DNA of 60,918 nucleotides, filler included, from Globobulimina sp. (GCA_003354225.1; 11 parts of 11 records of this genome joined end to end with filler, not necessarily neighbours in it), one strand, 5' to 3'; shown: positions 22,641 to 36,282, numbered from the whole stretch's first letter. Numbers and translations are program-made. The notes: generated by a model not told the origin, from the letters alone.

Positions 22641-25600
22641 ATGTCAATCGCTGCTGCTCACCTTTGGCACAAACCATCGGAACGTGCAGCATGGATGAGA
22701 CGTTTCGTAATTGTCTCAGATTCAGCCATACGAATTTATGGCACACGCAATGATAACGAACAACATGCAGAAGCAATGTATTATATTGATCCAGAACAAA
22801 AACAAGGAATACGTTCCATCGATATCAGTAATGTCAAATTTATATTAGAAAAGAGTCGCAATCTGTATGTAATATATAATCATATCCTAGCACACATATA
22901 TTAATATATTAATATTCTTACATTAGAATCCAATGGAAAAACGATACAGGAGAATGGTTCCAATTTCGTTGTGATTCGCCCTCCATTCAAAGCAGATGGC
23001 ATAGCGAAATGTTAGAGATCCAAAAGAATTGCATCAAAATACGTATTGATTCAGAAACAAATCATTCCTTAAACAAAGAGCCGACTTTGTTTGCCTTCAT
23101 TGTGCGTAAAGCAGTGAATCGATTTGAAAAAACCATTTCCAATCTCAGCGATATCAAATCCAACAGATATCAGCAACATTATTTTTGTGCGGACAATGAT
23201 CAATATTTAGAAGGTTGGAAGAAATGTATTATTGAACAAATTGCTCATTGTAATGATGACAAAAATGCAGTCAATCAGCAGTCCAAATTCCTACGCAACA
23301 AATTAGCAGAACATCGCAAACGAAGTTATAACATCAACAGCAGCGAGAATACCTTGCGCGAGTACCATACGCCGAGGCTTTATCATAACAGCAAAGGAAG
23401 CATCACCTCCATAGCCACTGCGGCAGACAACGAGCAAAAGTATATTGGCCGCAGTAGGCAGATCTCATTGGACTGGATCGATTATAAAAAGATATCTGAC
23501 AAAGAAATCGATCATCGCATGCAAGAGTTGATGAACAATTTGAAAATACCCAAACATGCGAGGTCCAACATGCTGCGTTTGAATAAGAAACAAAAAATCA
23601 AAATGTTAGAACAGCATCATATAAAACAGCAATTGAAAAAACAACATGAAAGTGGCAGAATATGGAGCGACAAATTTGCAGCTCATAACTCTGAAGGCGG
23701 CACAAACAAAGTTAACATATCCACGCTGCAACAATTCAGTGTGGTGTTGCGAGATGAAACGGACCAATTTGTCAAGGATTTCATTCAAAATCTAGGCCTG
23801 AATCGCTTATGTAATTTAGCCACAAAATCATTGCAACACAATGGCTCCTCGCAACAAAGAGGGAAATCATATTTTGGTCAGTTTGATATCGAATTATTAC
23901 GTGTATTGAAGGCGATTATTGATGCAAATGAATATTCGCTGAAACAAATCGTGGAACATAACCTATGTATTCGTATTATTGCGGATAAGATCGACTCGCA
24001 AGATATTAAAATATCAGAATTGGCGCTGTCGTTATTAATCACTATGGTTGGCATTGAAAATGACGAAATTTCAATCTCAGCGTCCCAGAAAATATTATCT
24101 GCGCTGTCTGATTTAGCTCTGTCCAAAGGACAAAGGAACAAATACAAAGTATTGATATCTCACATGTCGGTCAAAGATGTTTTAAATGGCTCCTTTCAGT
24201 ATGATACGTATTCCATTTCGTTGCTAAATTATCTCATTATGTCCCTGCCACATTTACATTTACGAATGGATGAGCGGCGCTTATTAAATTCGTTGCAATT
24301 TGACAAAATATTGAATAAGTTACAGGATCGCATCAGAATACATTCAAATGAATATTATAACCATGCTCTACTGAATCAAATCGAAACTTATCGCAAATTG
24401 TACGAAACGGACAAACGCAATGCAAACCAAAATGAATTCGTCGATGCGGAGTGGGATATGATGAACGATTTCGATATCGATAATCCCAAGGATTTATTCA
24501 AACGATTACATGACCAATGTCTAAATGACGCATATATCAATGAATTGACTTCGATATTAAAAAATTTGGTAGTTTTGCCTTCCAGCGCCGAAAATGTGTG
24601 GTACAATGTCACCAAAATTGTGAATGCTGCATGCAAACCGATCCAAAACCAAATGTTATATCCACAGAAAGCAAAAGCAGCAGAAACGGAAACAGAAAGC
24701 AAGCTGAATTCTGTGGTTGAGGGCGAAATAAAAACACAAAATTTTGATGAAAATTATATCAAATTAGAATCGAGATTCGTATATCCAACGTATAAGGAAT
24801 TACGCACTATGCTGGAAATCAGGGAAGCTACAAACATGACGCTGTCTGATACCCGCTCCAATGCGAATGCGTCGTTGCAAAACGAATTGAACCAAGCCAG
24901 AGAAAAACAATTAAAACTGGAAGATGCTTTATTATGCGAAAAATCCAAGAGCTTAAACTTGGAGTCGCAGTTACAACATTTGTTCAAATATGGCACATCA
25001 TCGCAGACCAATCCGTTGGCCAAAACGCCCAGTAATAAGTCAAATAATTCAAACAGCTCAAACAGTTTAAGCAACTCGTCCTATATCGTGGTGGAAGCAG
25101 AAGCAGATAATGAGGATAAAAAAGAGGCAGAAATAGTAAAAACGAAACAGGAAATTGCAGCCAAAGTGGTGACAGTCACAGTCACAGTCACAGACTCTGC
25201 GCCATCCATTGCGAAGACTGTAGCCGTTGACGACGGATTGAATAAATATAGGAAAATGATCAAATTTAAAATGCCTAAAAATTCAATTGTGAATAGAATG
25301 CGGCAGGACGGCATCGACAAAAATATAATTGAACAGTATACAGAATTGGATACATTGCCGGGTGGCAATGCAAAGTCAAAGAAGCCGCAAACGGCGGGCA
25401 AGGATCCAAAGGCTGCCATGTTGGCAATGATTGCGAGTAAAAGTAAAAGTAAAACTGCTAAAATAAGCACGTCCTCCGACGACGAAGAAAAGCTCAAGAA
25501 ATATCGCAAAATGTTGAAAATAAACCTGCCGAAACAAAGTGTGATTAATAGGATGCGGCAGGACGAGATGGCACCGAATTTGATTGGTATTTTATTCCCC

Positions 25601-27190
25601 GACGCTGTGGAAGCAAAACAAAGTGAGGGTGACACTGGAAACAATGGCAATATTTTATCGGCGCTCAAACGCAAAAAGAAAAAGAAAGCCGCGCCGAAGT
25701 TGCCAAGCAATTTGAGGCCGAAAAAGCTGATTAAGCCTAAAAACAAAATGCGAAATCTGCACTGGACGACGGTGAACCCGTTCGATGTCGAAAAAACTAT
25801 CTGGAACAGCATCGACGATGAAGAAATCGAGTTTGATGTCTCCGATTTGGAGAGCAAGTTTTGTTGGAAACAGAGCGAAAAGGATAACAATGAAAAGATT
25901 GAAAAAAGCAAAGTGAAGCTGAAGATGAAAAGTGACATCGTGCGTGTTTTGGATACGCGGCGCTCGTACAATATTGAGATATTTCTGGGTCGCTTGAAGA
26001 GCGATCCGTGGACGTTGCGCGAAGCCATGTTGTCGTTAAACGAAAGCAGGCTGAATTTGGACACGGTGCACAAATTAATCAACTTCGTGCCCACAAAGGA
26101 TGAGTGTCTGCAATTGGACGGCTATGAAAACGAGAAGAATCTGGGCGTGGCGGAGAACTTTGTCAAAATCATCCGAAATGTCGACGGCGATTTGCGCGAA
26201 AGACTGATTTTGTGGGAGTTCAAGATGGAATTTAATGACTTGTACGAGCACGAAAAGCGGCAATTGATTTTCTTGCGAAAAGGACATGATTCCATCAAGA
26301 AATCTGGCGATTTGCGCCAGATCTTTTGCATCATTTTGTCGATTGGAAATTATATGAATGGCTCGACCAACAAAGGCCAGGCGTACGGCTTCAAACTGTC
26401 TTCGCTGTCTCAGTTAATGCGGTCGCGCACCGTGGATAACAGCTGCACTTTGATGGAGTATCTGTACCAATTCGTGTCGGCGTCGCAGCGCTACCGCCAT
26501 TGCCTGCAGTTTGTGGACGGTTTGGCCTGTTTGGAGGATACGTGCTGCGTCGACATAGCTGTGCTGCGGCAGAATATTGCGGGCATCGGGCACAAATTGA
26601 AGCGCATCAAAAAAAGAATGGATTCCTATTCGAATCCGGCCGGCTCTGCCATGCACCGAATGGGCGACAACTTTTATGCGGTGATGCAGCCGTTTTATGT
26701 GTGCGCCATTTTGAAGTTGGAGTTGTTGCAAAAAGTGCGCGACGAAATGTTCACTGATTTGAAGGATTTGGGGGTTTGGTTAAACGAAGCGAAGGACGCA
26801 AACTTTAAATATCTGAAAACGTTGAACCAGTTTCGGCTGAATTTTATTCAAATTATCAAAGTGTCCAAGATGAAAAAGGAGAAATTGGCGCGGATCGAAA
26901 AAAGAAAGAAATGGAAAGAAAACAAGTTGAAAATTAAAAACAAGAAAAACAAAAAAATCATCATCACGAAAAAGAAGAAAGAAAAAAAAGAAACAGAATT
27001 TTTAACAGAAAAAAAGGAAAAGAAAAAGAAAAAGAAAAAAGAAGAGAAAAATACAAATATTTCGGATGTCGTCATACAAACATTGGTCGATGGCACTTCT
27101 TATAATTTCATACAAAGACTGCAAGACCGAAACAAATCCGCTTCCAAAAGCTCGCATAGCCATAACCGCTCAAAGACGGCTTTGATGTAA
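22641..27190 (+). CDS. Formin with N-terminal PH domain(s), GBD/FH3 and FH2; 2 exons
   Basis: FH2 motifs MRNLHW, LDTRRSYNIEIFL, IGNYMNG..GQAYGFKLSSL. PH motifs WMRRFVIV and F.CDS..Q.RW. Phase-2 intron 22865-22926 (GTATGT..TAG) joins the two ORFs. Confidence 0.93.
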
Positions 27191-27874
27191 TAAATTTTTT
27201 GATTGCTTTTTTTTGTTTTTTAATTGTTTTAATATTAAATTGTTATGTTATTGTTTGTGTCACACGAAAGTGAGCGGAGCGAGCGTCTGTGTTGATTTGG
27301 CGAGCGAAGCGAGTGACGTCTTTTTCTGACGGTCTCCATTTTAAATGTGTCCCGTAAAAAAACTTCATCTTCTTTTTTCGAGTCGACATGGAATTAAATT
27401 ATTGTTCCGTCTATATTTAATCCCCACCGCATTCTGATTCTTCATGGTGAATTTTTATTATCCACATTTATTATGTAATATTAGTCATCATTCATTATAA
27501 ATTATAACAAAAATAACTAGATTAGAAGTTTGGGTAATTCCATATTCTTTTCTGTACAACTCGGTGTCTGACCGGTTTTCAATTCGGCTGAGGCTTCCTC
27601 GATAACGTTTATTTATTTTGTTTGGCTTTATTTTATTTTTATTATTGAACATANNNNNNNNNNNNNNNNNNNNNNNNNNNNNNNNNNNNNNNNNNNNTTA
27701 ATTAATTAANNNNNNNNNNNNNNNNNNNNNNNNNNNNNNNNNNNNNNNNNNNNTTATGCAGTTTATTGAGTAATTCTTAATTATCATTCTAAAAGATTTT
27801 CTATAATATGATTATATTGATGCAAACTATAAATTAGTTTGCATCCCCACCAACAACTATCCACTATCCACTGT

Positions 27875-27985
27875 AGGCACAACTATTGAGCTAATTTTCA
27901 TTGTGGTGATCGGACTTCAACTTTTGGAGTTAATCGCTCACCACAATAAATTAGCTCAATAGTTGTGTCTGTTTTTAAAAACAGA
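27875..27985. repeat. About 95-nt imperfect hairpin (MITE-like) plus adjacent palindrome
   Basis: cacaactattgagctaattt (27878-27897) pairs with aaattagctcaatagttgtg (27948-27967); inner attgtggtga/tcaccacaat; then tctgtttttaaaaacaga. Confidence 0.85.
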
Positions 27986-28130
27986 TTTTTACGACAAAGC
28001 AAAAATGTCTATTGTATTCCTACATACATTGAGTGCTACTTTTTTTTATATTTTCCTTCTTTCTTTGATCCCTAAGAAATTGCATGACATCGAAAAAAAA
28101 CTTCAACTAACTTTATATTAAGCAAACAAA

Positions 28131-31100
28131 ATGCCAAAGAGCATCAAAAGCATTCTGCGAAGAGCCACAGGAAGAAACGGCAAGTCTATCCGACGCAAAA
28201 AAAATAGCCGCAAACAAAAATCACGTTTTAAATCATCAAACAAACGTACACCACAACCACAACCACATAAACCTCAATCCGCCACTAATTCCTTCAAACT
28301 CCAACTAAAAAATCTCCGACGCAAACAAATAAATCGTCCGCTATTAAAATCCAAACAAGTAAAGCTCCGAAAAGAAAAACAGCGACAACGCAGACATGAA
28401 ATTGATAGAAATCGCAAACCAAAAACAATCGAATACCTAAAAGCGAAAAAAGCCGGCAATCCCCGACAAGTAAAAGGCAAGAAATCCCAGCTAGCCATCC
28501 TTCCAATTTCCTATTACAAGCAACAAGAACCCAATGAAGAAGAAGTGCCTTTTCGTGATTCATACTTCGCCGCAAAAATAAACTCAATATCATCCATTAA
28601 CCGCTCCTTAGAAATGCAAACATTGAAAGACAAATTAGGCCCATTATCCGCCTCCTTACCGCATGTATTATTGCATAAAAAGAAGATATTCGACCTCATC
28701 ATTGATTTTATAAACGAAGAGGCTCACAAACACATCTTACGCGATGCCGTTGGGTATGTCGATAACTTTGCATCCTTGCACTCCCTCTGCATTTTAACAT
28801 TATTGACACTGAATTGACAGATTATTGATACAATTGGCCAAGGACATACGTCAGGAATTCATGCCATTTGTGGACGATTTATTGGTGTTTTTGGTGGAGA
28901 TGTTTGAATGGAGAGAAACTAATTTAATTAATCTGCGTATTGTTTTTACAGCGTTTTCGTGGCTGTTTAAATATTTGCAGAAATATATGGAGATGGACGA
29001 TATAAAGAGATATTATAAGAGGCATTTTATGCGTTTTTTAGGGAATAATAAGTATTATGTACGCGATTTTATGGCGGAAGTATGTGGCAATATATTCAAA
29101 AGCAACTTGTTGTTGGCTGAAGGTGGTGAAAAGGAGAAAATACTGATTTTGAGAAATGATATTTTGAGTGTAAATGTTCGACAGTATTTATATGACAATG
29201 ATCTGTTGAGGGATACCAGTCAAACGAGGCGCAATTTGCAGATTGGATTAAGTATATTTCTATTTCAATTGATTCGAGGTATTTTGAAAGGATTTCACAG
29301 TAAAACTGCGGTAATGTTACCATTGATGTTAAGGGTATTGAAGCGGGACAGAACTGTCGTAAATAAACGAGAAAAGGAAGAGCGCCAACACCAAATGAGT
29401 GTATTTAGGCAATTTATTGATTTATCCGCTGTCTATACCAATAATGCACACTGTTTGACATTTTTTGCACCATTTTTCAGCACATTAAGGCAACATTTAT
29501 CACGCATGCAAAAGGAAAATGAATTAATGAGTATTGATGAGGATGCAAATGCATTTTTAAGTGATTTGGATTATTTGAATAGATTATTGTCGTTATTTAA
29601 TGTGTGGATATCGCACAACGTCGGCGAAGTTGTACCGGTCGCTGCTGGGCAAAATTTGATTGCTTTACTTATCGCCTTAACTGACGAAAAATGGATAAAT
29701 AGCATAAATACCAAAGATGCAGCACCGGAGCTGTACGTTTATATTCGTGCGGTGATGGAAGTCATTGTAAGTTGTTGGAAGATGCATAAATTTCAATCCA
29801 TTGTGAGATTTCGAAAAGTATCGCAAAATGGCATAAAGATATTGTTAGATCATTGTCATTCGGACACGAAAATGATCAGATTTATCATCGACAGGTTAGG
29901 CGCAACAAACATATTAGACACACAAATGAGAAAATATCTCATTCGGTGGATCGAAAAATGGGGCGATTCTCATGATAATAATCAAGCAATGTGGATTTTT
30001 TTGAAATTGATGCGGAAAAACGATAAAGGTTTCAATTTGGGCGAAGACAGTCATATTATTCACAAAGTAAAGCAGGTTATGGCGGTACCGGTGCGTGGTG
30101 GTCGCAGTAAGGAGAATGATGCGAAAATGAACGAGTTATGGAAATACAATGTTGGAAATGTATGGAAAATCAGTCTGGGACAAAGTCGCCAAATACAGCA
30201 ATATTTGCCAATGATACGACATTTTCCAGATAAGTTAGAATGGATTGAAGGCATTTACAATTTGGTCAATGTATTGCTGAATTTTATCATTGCGAGAGAC
30301 CGACAAAAGGCACACATTGAAGATTATAGATTGACATTTTTAAATAAATTGCATAATGTACTAATTCAGTTATTGATGGCGTATTTGATGCAACATAATG
30401 TGCACGACATTGCACTGCCACACATTTTAAACAATTTGCAAACACATTGGAACAAATGGTTTACATTAATCCAACGACACAGATATAACTCATTTATATT
30501 GAACGCATCATTGAATTTCATGGAATTTATACATTCATTTCATGCGTTTTTGAACACCGAATCACAGACAAAAGTCACTGGAAATATGATTGCTGTCAAA
30601 GACACTGTGGACAGAATATTAAATATGGACACATTCACGGTGTATTATCCGTTATTATTACCACATTTACACTCAGCAAATGCAAGCAATCGACGCCATG
30701 CCATTGATATTTTATGTTTATTCAACGCAGAAACCCGCTTTAATAATATTGACTATTACGGCTCGAAGATATTACGCAAGCCCATATTGCAGGAATTAAA
30801 GGACATATTGCACGATGATTGGGGGCCTTCCTTGGACCGTGTCCGCGAGACTAAAGTGATGAATATAATATCTTTTGCATCAGGCATTGAACCATTATTA
30901 TACTACAAACAAGACATTAAGATCCAATCCAAAGAGGATGGCATTAGATTAGGTAAACGGCCATGTTTGCACACACAACAAAGCTCCGCAGCCAACAAAT
31001 ACAACGCAGAAATTAATGATTATCAATTACAAATTGTCTGTCATGTTGTTTTTGGTTTTTTGCGCATTAATTACCGTCCTTTATGGAGTCACAGCATTGA

Positions 31101-33202
31101 ACTATTAAATGTATTAAGTACGCGTTTCCCGCGGATGTTATGGACGGTATATCACCAAATATTGCGTGATCTGATGCGTATTACGCATATTCGACGCGAT
31201 ATCGCCGAAAAATTAAGTGTTAGACAGAGCTTATTGGTGAATAGAAATAAATTTGCTGCGTCCCGACCTTTGCAAGTCTTGAATTTCTTATTTGAACATA
31301 TCAATAAAAACGCAGTATTCGCGGCAATGCACATCAAAGATATCGTAACTATGTTCCTTGCCTTTATGGACAGTCAATATCATTTAGCTTATCCTCATTC
31401 CGCTGCTGCAGGAAATTACGGATTAATTATGGACGAAGACGCCGACGATGCTGCGAATAAGAAACGAATCAAAAAATATGATTGGAGTAAAAAGGATGAA
31501 TGTTATACAAATACATCGAAAGTCAGAGTGCTCAGCAAATTGCGCAATTTTTTGGGCCTATTTAGTAGTGTAAGCGTGGATTATCACGGAACATTCGCTG
31601 AGGCCGTCGTGGTCAATTTACGTGATACGTTTTACAGATTATTATTACTGCGCGAGTTGGATATACAAAACATGACATTGGCGGCTTATGTGCGCTTTTA
31701 CCCTCAGATCGCGCAGTATTACTCCAACGAACTGCGGAAAGAAGCAAAGGCGATCTTGGACAAAAAGGGCATACGTATGAAAGCAGTAAAGTCGCGCAAG
31801 CGACATTACAGCGCTTCCTTCAGATCGCTGTTGAAGTTAACCAGATTGAAAGCGGGCTTGGTCAATTTCAATATGATAAAAGGGGACATTGGCTGCGTTG
31901 TCAATGACGAGCATCGCGTGTATGTGGTACCTGTTGTGATTCGGATTTTGTACAATAAGTTATATGAACGGCAGGCGCGCAAAATAAAAGGCACGGTGCC
32001 TCAGCGCAGAAAGAGGATACTAACTTATATTTCTCTGCTGGAGAAGCACGAAATCTTTGCATTTCTGGATATTTTGCATCACAATTTTGCTTCCTGGAAG
32101 CATACGGATGAGAGCTGCAGTCGCTCTGCGCCCGGTTTTGCCGCACAAGTCCAGCATTTGCGGATCATCGCCTTGTGGCTGCAATGTGCGCCAATGACAA
32201 TGGGTCCTTTTCTGGACGAATTTTGCAAGTATTTGACGCTTATATTCAAGCATAGTTATAAGTTTCTGACGTGTGCGCATTACCGGAAAGCGCGCAGTTT
32301 TACTGCGGTCGAACAGGATAAGTGTACGAGAAATTTTAATATGTGTTTGGACATTTTGCAGAAATTCGTTGAGTTTTACTGCGAGTCGATGGGCGTTCGC
32401 ATGGTATTGAAAGATTGGATGAGTTACATCAAGGACTATTTACAGAGCCAACTGCCAGAAATACGGCACGGCAATGCCTATGAAAATGTGGTGGCAATAT
32501 GGAGCTTATTGAAATCGGTCAGTCACAACGAGGAATGTTGCAATTTTTTCGACTTACGATGGCCGTTTGAATTGGTGTTGAGATGTCTAAACAGTGCAAA
32601 ACTGTCCAAATTTACACGCGGTGCGAGTTTGAAGATCATTATGAATTTAATGGACAATCAAGAAACTATGCGTCCGCTATTTATTAGGCACGGCAAAGGT
32701 ATCTTGCATTGCATGCTGCGTTTATTGCTAATTCAGCAGCAGAATGAGTTAAAAACAGAAACGGAAATGTCTGCGAAATCCAAAAGGAAACAAAATCCCA
32801 ACACCGAATTGAAAATCTTAGTGTATTTGGCGGATATTATTGAGGATAAAACTCAATTGCAACGCTTGACTGATTCATTGATGCCATATCTAATTAAATG
32901 CAAACGTTACAGCCGTATAATTATATCCTTGTTGGAGGTACTAACAAAATTAATGAAACAGGTGGCAAATTATCAAACGTGGGCGCAACCTTTGTGTGAT
33001 ATTTTAAACTCGGTCTATGATAAAGTCGGCCGGTCATTGTTGTGCCAGTTATTGGCCAATATCTCAAAGTTAGCAGTAAAAGAAAGTAAAAGTGGCGACA
33101 GAGAGAATACAGTGCGTTGGTTGCAATTGGTAGCGCCGCTATTATTGGATTTGAATTGTGTGTATATCGAAGAGATAACAGGCAATCCCGTGCCATTTGC
33201 GT
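28131..33202 (+). CDS. UTP20: SSU processome HEAT-repeat protein UTP20 (DRIM), 3'-partial
   Basis: SLPHVLLHKKKI..LAKDIRQEF and the DRIM-like HR..VVPVVIRILY.KL..RRK.IL. Phase-2 intron 28754-28820. Confidence 0.85.
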
Positions 33203-33390
33203 NNNNNNNNNNNNNNNNNNNNNNNNNNNNNNNNNNNNNNNNNNNNTTAATTAATTAANNNNNNNNNNNNNNNNNNNNNNNNNNNNNNNNNNNNNNNNNN
33301 NNTAGGTTTAACTCTTGTAATCGCTGTTCATAAGACATATTATTCATTCCAAATACCATTTTTGTTGCACGTTTCTGGATTTTTTCAATC

Positions 33391-33470
33391 ATTATTTCGG
33401 GAAATAATCCTAATTATTGGCTACTATTCGGTTAACAGTTTATTACAAGAGAGATTTATGACAGACCGGA
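33391..33470 (-). repeat. 80-bp direct repeat, terminal copy (B2)
   Basis: Identical to 36197-36276. Contains minus-strand AATAAA (33444-33439) and ends in the palindrome attatttc-gg-gaaataat. Confidence 0.97.
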
Positions 33471-33510
33471 GCATGAAACAAGCGGTTGCGTACAATAAAA
33501 TAAAAATATA

Positions 33511-34554
33511 TCAAGAAAAGTCTAAAAGCTGTTGTATTCGTTTCTCATATTCAGAAGATGTCTTGAGGTTTGATTGTTCGAGTGACTGTGGGGCTGTAGG
33601 TTTCCCTGGAAACATTTTTCGTGTAATATCGAATTTCGTGGATGAAGCAGGGTTGACATACGTCTGCACTGAATCCCTACTTCGCCATCGACCATGTCTT
33701 TGAATTAACTCCATGTTAACTCCTGAGCGAGCTGCATGTGTAGCTCCGCCCGCCCTCAAACTATGAAGGCCATATCGTTTGGGATCTTCCCCAACTACTT
33801 TAAGAAGCTGCTTCAAATATAGGGCAGTCCTTCTATAATTAATTTTGTTCCCCGTGTTTGAGAAGACGGGATCTTCAGGCTTATTAAAAAATGATACCAG
33901 TGACCATGCCTTTAGAGCTGCAACCGGACAACCAGTTGATCCAGTCTCGGCTAGATAAACCCGTTTTCCATCGCGCATTTGGTCGTTTTTTGCTTTCGGA
34001 ATTGTTATGATCAGTCCTTCTTCAGCATAGTACTCAATATCCTGCCATAACATGTCCCGGGCTTCTGCAAATCTTAGAAAAGCTGCATAGGATACTGTTA
34101 AATATGCGGTCCATAATTTCGTGATCTCGTCTCCTAACTTTTCCTTGTTCAAAAAAGTACAAATATGGAGCAATGTTTCGTGTGATAATTCTTGTTTACG
34201 TTGCAGCCCCTGACGAATCATTCTTCGCTGTGTTTGCAAAATGGCTGCAGTTGCACTGCCTTGTGTAGGGTCAGTTAGATTGCACTGCTTATGCCACCAC
34301 CTAATTGCTGCTACTCCTTGTTGCATAGATGCGGGCGATTTTGACTGCTGACCTCGTTCATACAAAAACTGCACTACGTTCACTTCTTCTGCCGGCAAAA
34401 CGGCGAATTGTCTCTGCTCTGCCCAGTCAATCCATCGTTTCAATTCTCTGACATAAGCTTTGATTGTGTTTTCTGACTTACTAGACCATACAGTATCTAA
34501 TAATTTATCTTTCATTTCCTGACCAAACTTCTGCCAATATGGTGTGAACTTCAT
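33511..34554 (-). CDS. DIRS-type tyrosine recombinase
   Basis: SAM-like N-terminus (SENTIKAY...W); catalytic residues in FLRFAE, KAKNDQ, HSLRAGGAT, HGRW and QTYV. Confidence 0.95.
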   Translation of the reverse strand: MKFTPYWQKFGQEMKDKLLDTVWSSKSENTIKAYVRELKRWIDWAEQRQFAVLPAEEVNVVQFLYERGQQSKSPASMQQGVAAIRWWHKQCNLTDPTQGSATAAILQTQRRMIRQGLQRKQELSHETLLHICTFLNKEKLGDEITKLWTAYLTVSYAAFLRFAEARDMLWQDIEYYAEEGLIITIPKAKNDQMRDGKRVYLAETGSTGCPVAALKAWSLVSFFNKPEDPVFSNTGNKINYRRTALYLKQLLKVVGEDPKRYGLHSLRAGGATHAARSGVNMELIQRHGRWRSRDSVQTYVNPASSTKFDITRKMFPGKPTAPQSLEQSNLKTSSEYEKRIQQLLDFS

Positions 34555-35203
34555 ATACTCTACAAAAAGATCAAAAGCGCCTTATGATATGGTAATTTGG
34601 TCGTATCAATATTATCTTGTTACTAGTATTCGCAATATTCACGTAAAAATTAACCATGTTACCCTCGCAGGCTATTGTGACGACAAAGTAGTAAGGATGT
34701 GATCGTGCTTATAAACAAAGTTTTGCTGTGCCAAAACAAACCTTTCTCCTCAGACAAACAACAATGGATGGAAAAAACAAACTGTCAAACTGTAATGCTT
34801 ATCAATTATTGCAAACATCCTTCATTTTCGGCATTTAATGTTTACATTCTATGAATATTCCATTAATGCTCCTATTCTCTATATTTTGTGTTTGTTCTAA
34901 ATCCAACAACAAGTGTTTTACTTGTCACAACATGATTTACTCATTAGTGCAATCTTCATAAAAGTTCAACATCAGTTATCAATTCAAAAAATTTTTTATG
35001 TCACAGTTTCATTCCTCTGCTCGTATCTCTCGACCCACTAATATATTGTCGCTATATATTAGTTTTGATCGATCCCTAGCTTGCTTTAATGCAAACATAT
35101 GCGACATTATGTTTACATCAAAACCGCAGAACATGCCTAATCGTGTAACATAAACAATTTTTTCCCTAAAACCCAACATTAAGCGATAACCATTTGATCT
35201 CAA

Positions 35204-35948
35204 TCATTTGTTATCGTCAGTCTTCTTCGGGCACTTCTTCGCTATGTGATCTCTTTCGCCGCAGCAGTAACATATGATGGGTCGCTCCGATTTGATTGTG
35301 CTTTCCACCAACTTCGGTCGTGTCAACATGGGCTTTTCTTTCTTTTTGAAGTTTAATCCAGCTCTTTCACGTTTCACAACAACCATCTCGGCTTCCCTGA
35401 CCAACTTTGCATCATTCTCCGACAATTGGCATGAACTATTCCCGAAAGCCAACTCTGCTACTTGAAAACTGTAAATAAAAGAGAGAATTTAGGCAAGTAT
35501 TTAATTACTCCTTGCCCATTTTGATAATTTCTAATCTACGCGATGCTACTAAGCAAGCATTGCCTATTACTTCTCTACTACTGCCAGCCTTGACCAACAC
35601 TAATCTGCGCTACTCGCCATAATATGTAAGTGCAGTGCCTATTGTGCATTCTGACTTTACTAATGCTAATTTGAGCAAGAACAGACCACTAAGTCGTCCA
35701 TATTTCATTATCATACTCCATTTGTTCTATTCTTGTTTGTTAACGCACTTACTTCCGTTCATTAGCTGTCCACAAAAACTTTTGTCTATTATTAATCTTC
35801 GTTTCCAAATTTCCCAAAACGGCATCCACTTTGGTTTGGTTCGTTGGCGTAGTGGTCTCGTTTGTGTTTCTCGCTTCTTGGACCATCTGGAACCATTCGT
35901 CATTACATTTCGCTTGCTGATGGACCGCATCCCAGCGCCAATTTACAC
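35204..35948 (-). CDS. Gag exons 2-3 of the YR retrotransposon (spliced, CCHC knuckle)
   Basis: Exon 35948-35753 (TTTCAG acceptor, GTAAGT donor) and exon 35468-35204 (TTTACAG acceptor) join in phase 2: RQKFLWTANER|NFQVAELAFG..AKLVREAE..CYCCGERDHIAKKC. Confidence 0.75.
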
Positions 35949-36196
35949 CTGAAATCAGCAAAACCATACATGTATGTACGTACGTACTGTATACATTGTA
36001 GTGCACTATGTACTATTATGGGTGGGTGGGATGGGTCAATTACAGCTTAATCTTCTTTCCAACCGCTTTCCAATCGCTCGCCTGTCCGAAGTGCCGACGA
36101 CTGCTTGAACGTAGCTTCAAGCCCCGCCTTCGCATAAATTACTACACCAGCGACCCCTGCCGCTGCTTACAACCTTCTATTACCCAATAATTGTAG

Positions 36197-36276
36197 ATTA
36201 TTTCGGGAAATAATCCTAATTATTGGCTACTATTCGGTTAACAGTTTATTACAAGAGAGATTTATGACAGACCGGA
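36197..36276 (-). repeat. 80-bp direct repeat, internal copy (B1), followed by a GC-rich putative A2 segment
   Basis: Starts 6 nt after the pol stop and is identical to 33391-33470. Region 36196-36050 is GC-rich with small hairpins (gcttgaa/ttcaagc). Confidence 0.95.
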
Positions 36277-36282
36277 AGTAAT

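Noticed and set aside
26870-27060. Extreme A-rich tract in the formin 3' region
   Set aside because: Encodes an ordinary Lys/Glu-rich tail in frame.
33391-36276. RT plus a repeat pair as a diversity-generating retroelement, retron or CRISPR-like system
   Set aside because: The 80-bp copies are identical with no adenine-specific mismatches, lie outside coding regions and have no spacers; the RT is DIRS-type with RNase H and MT domains.
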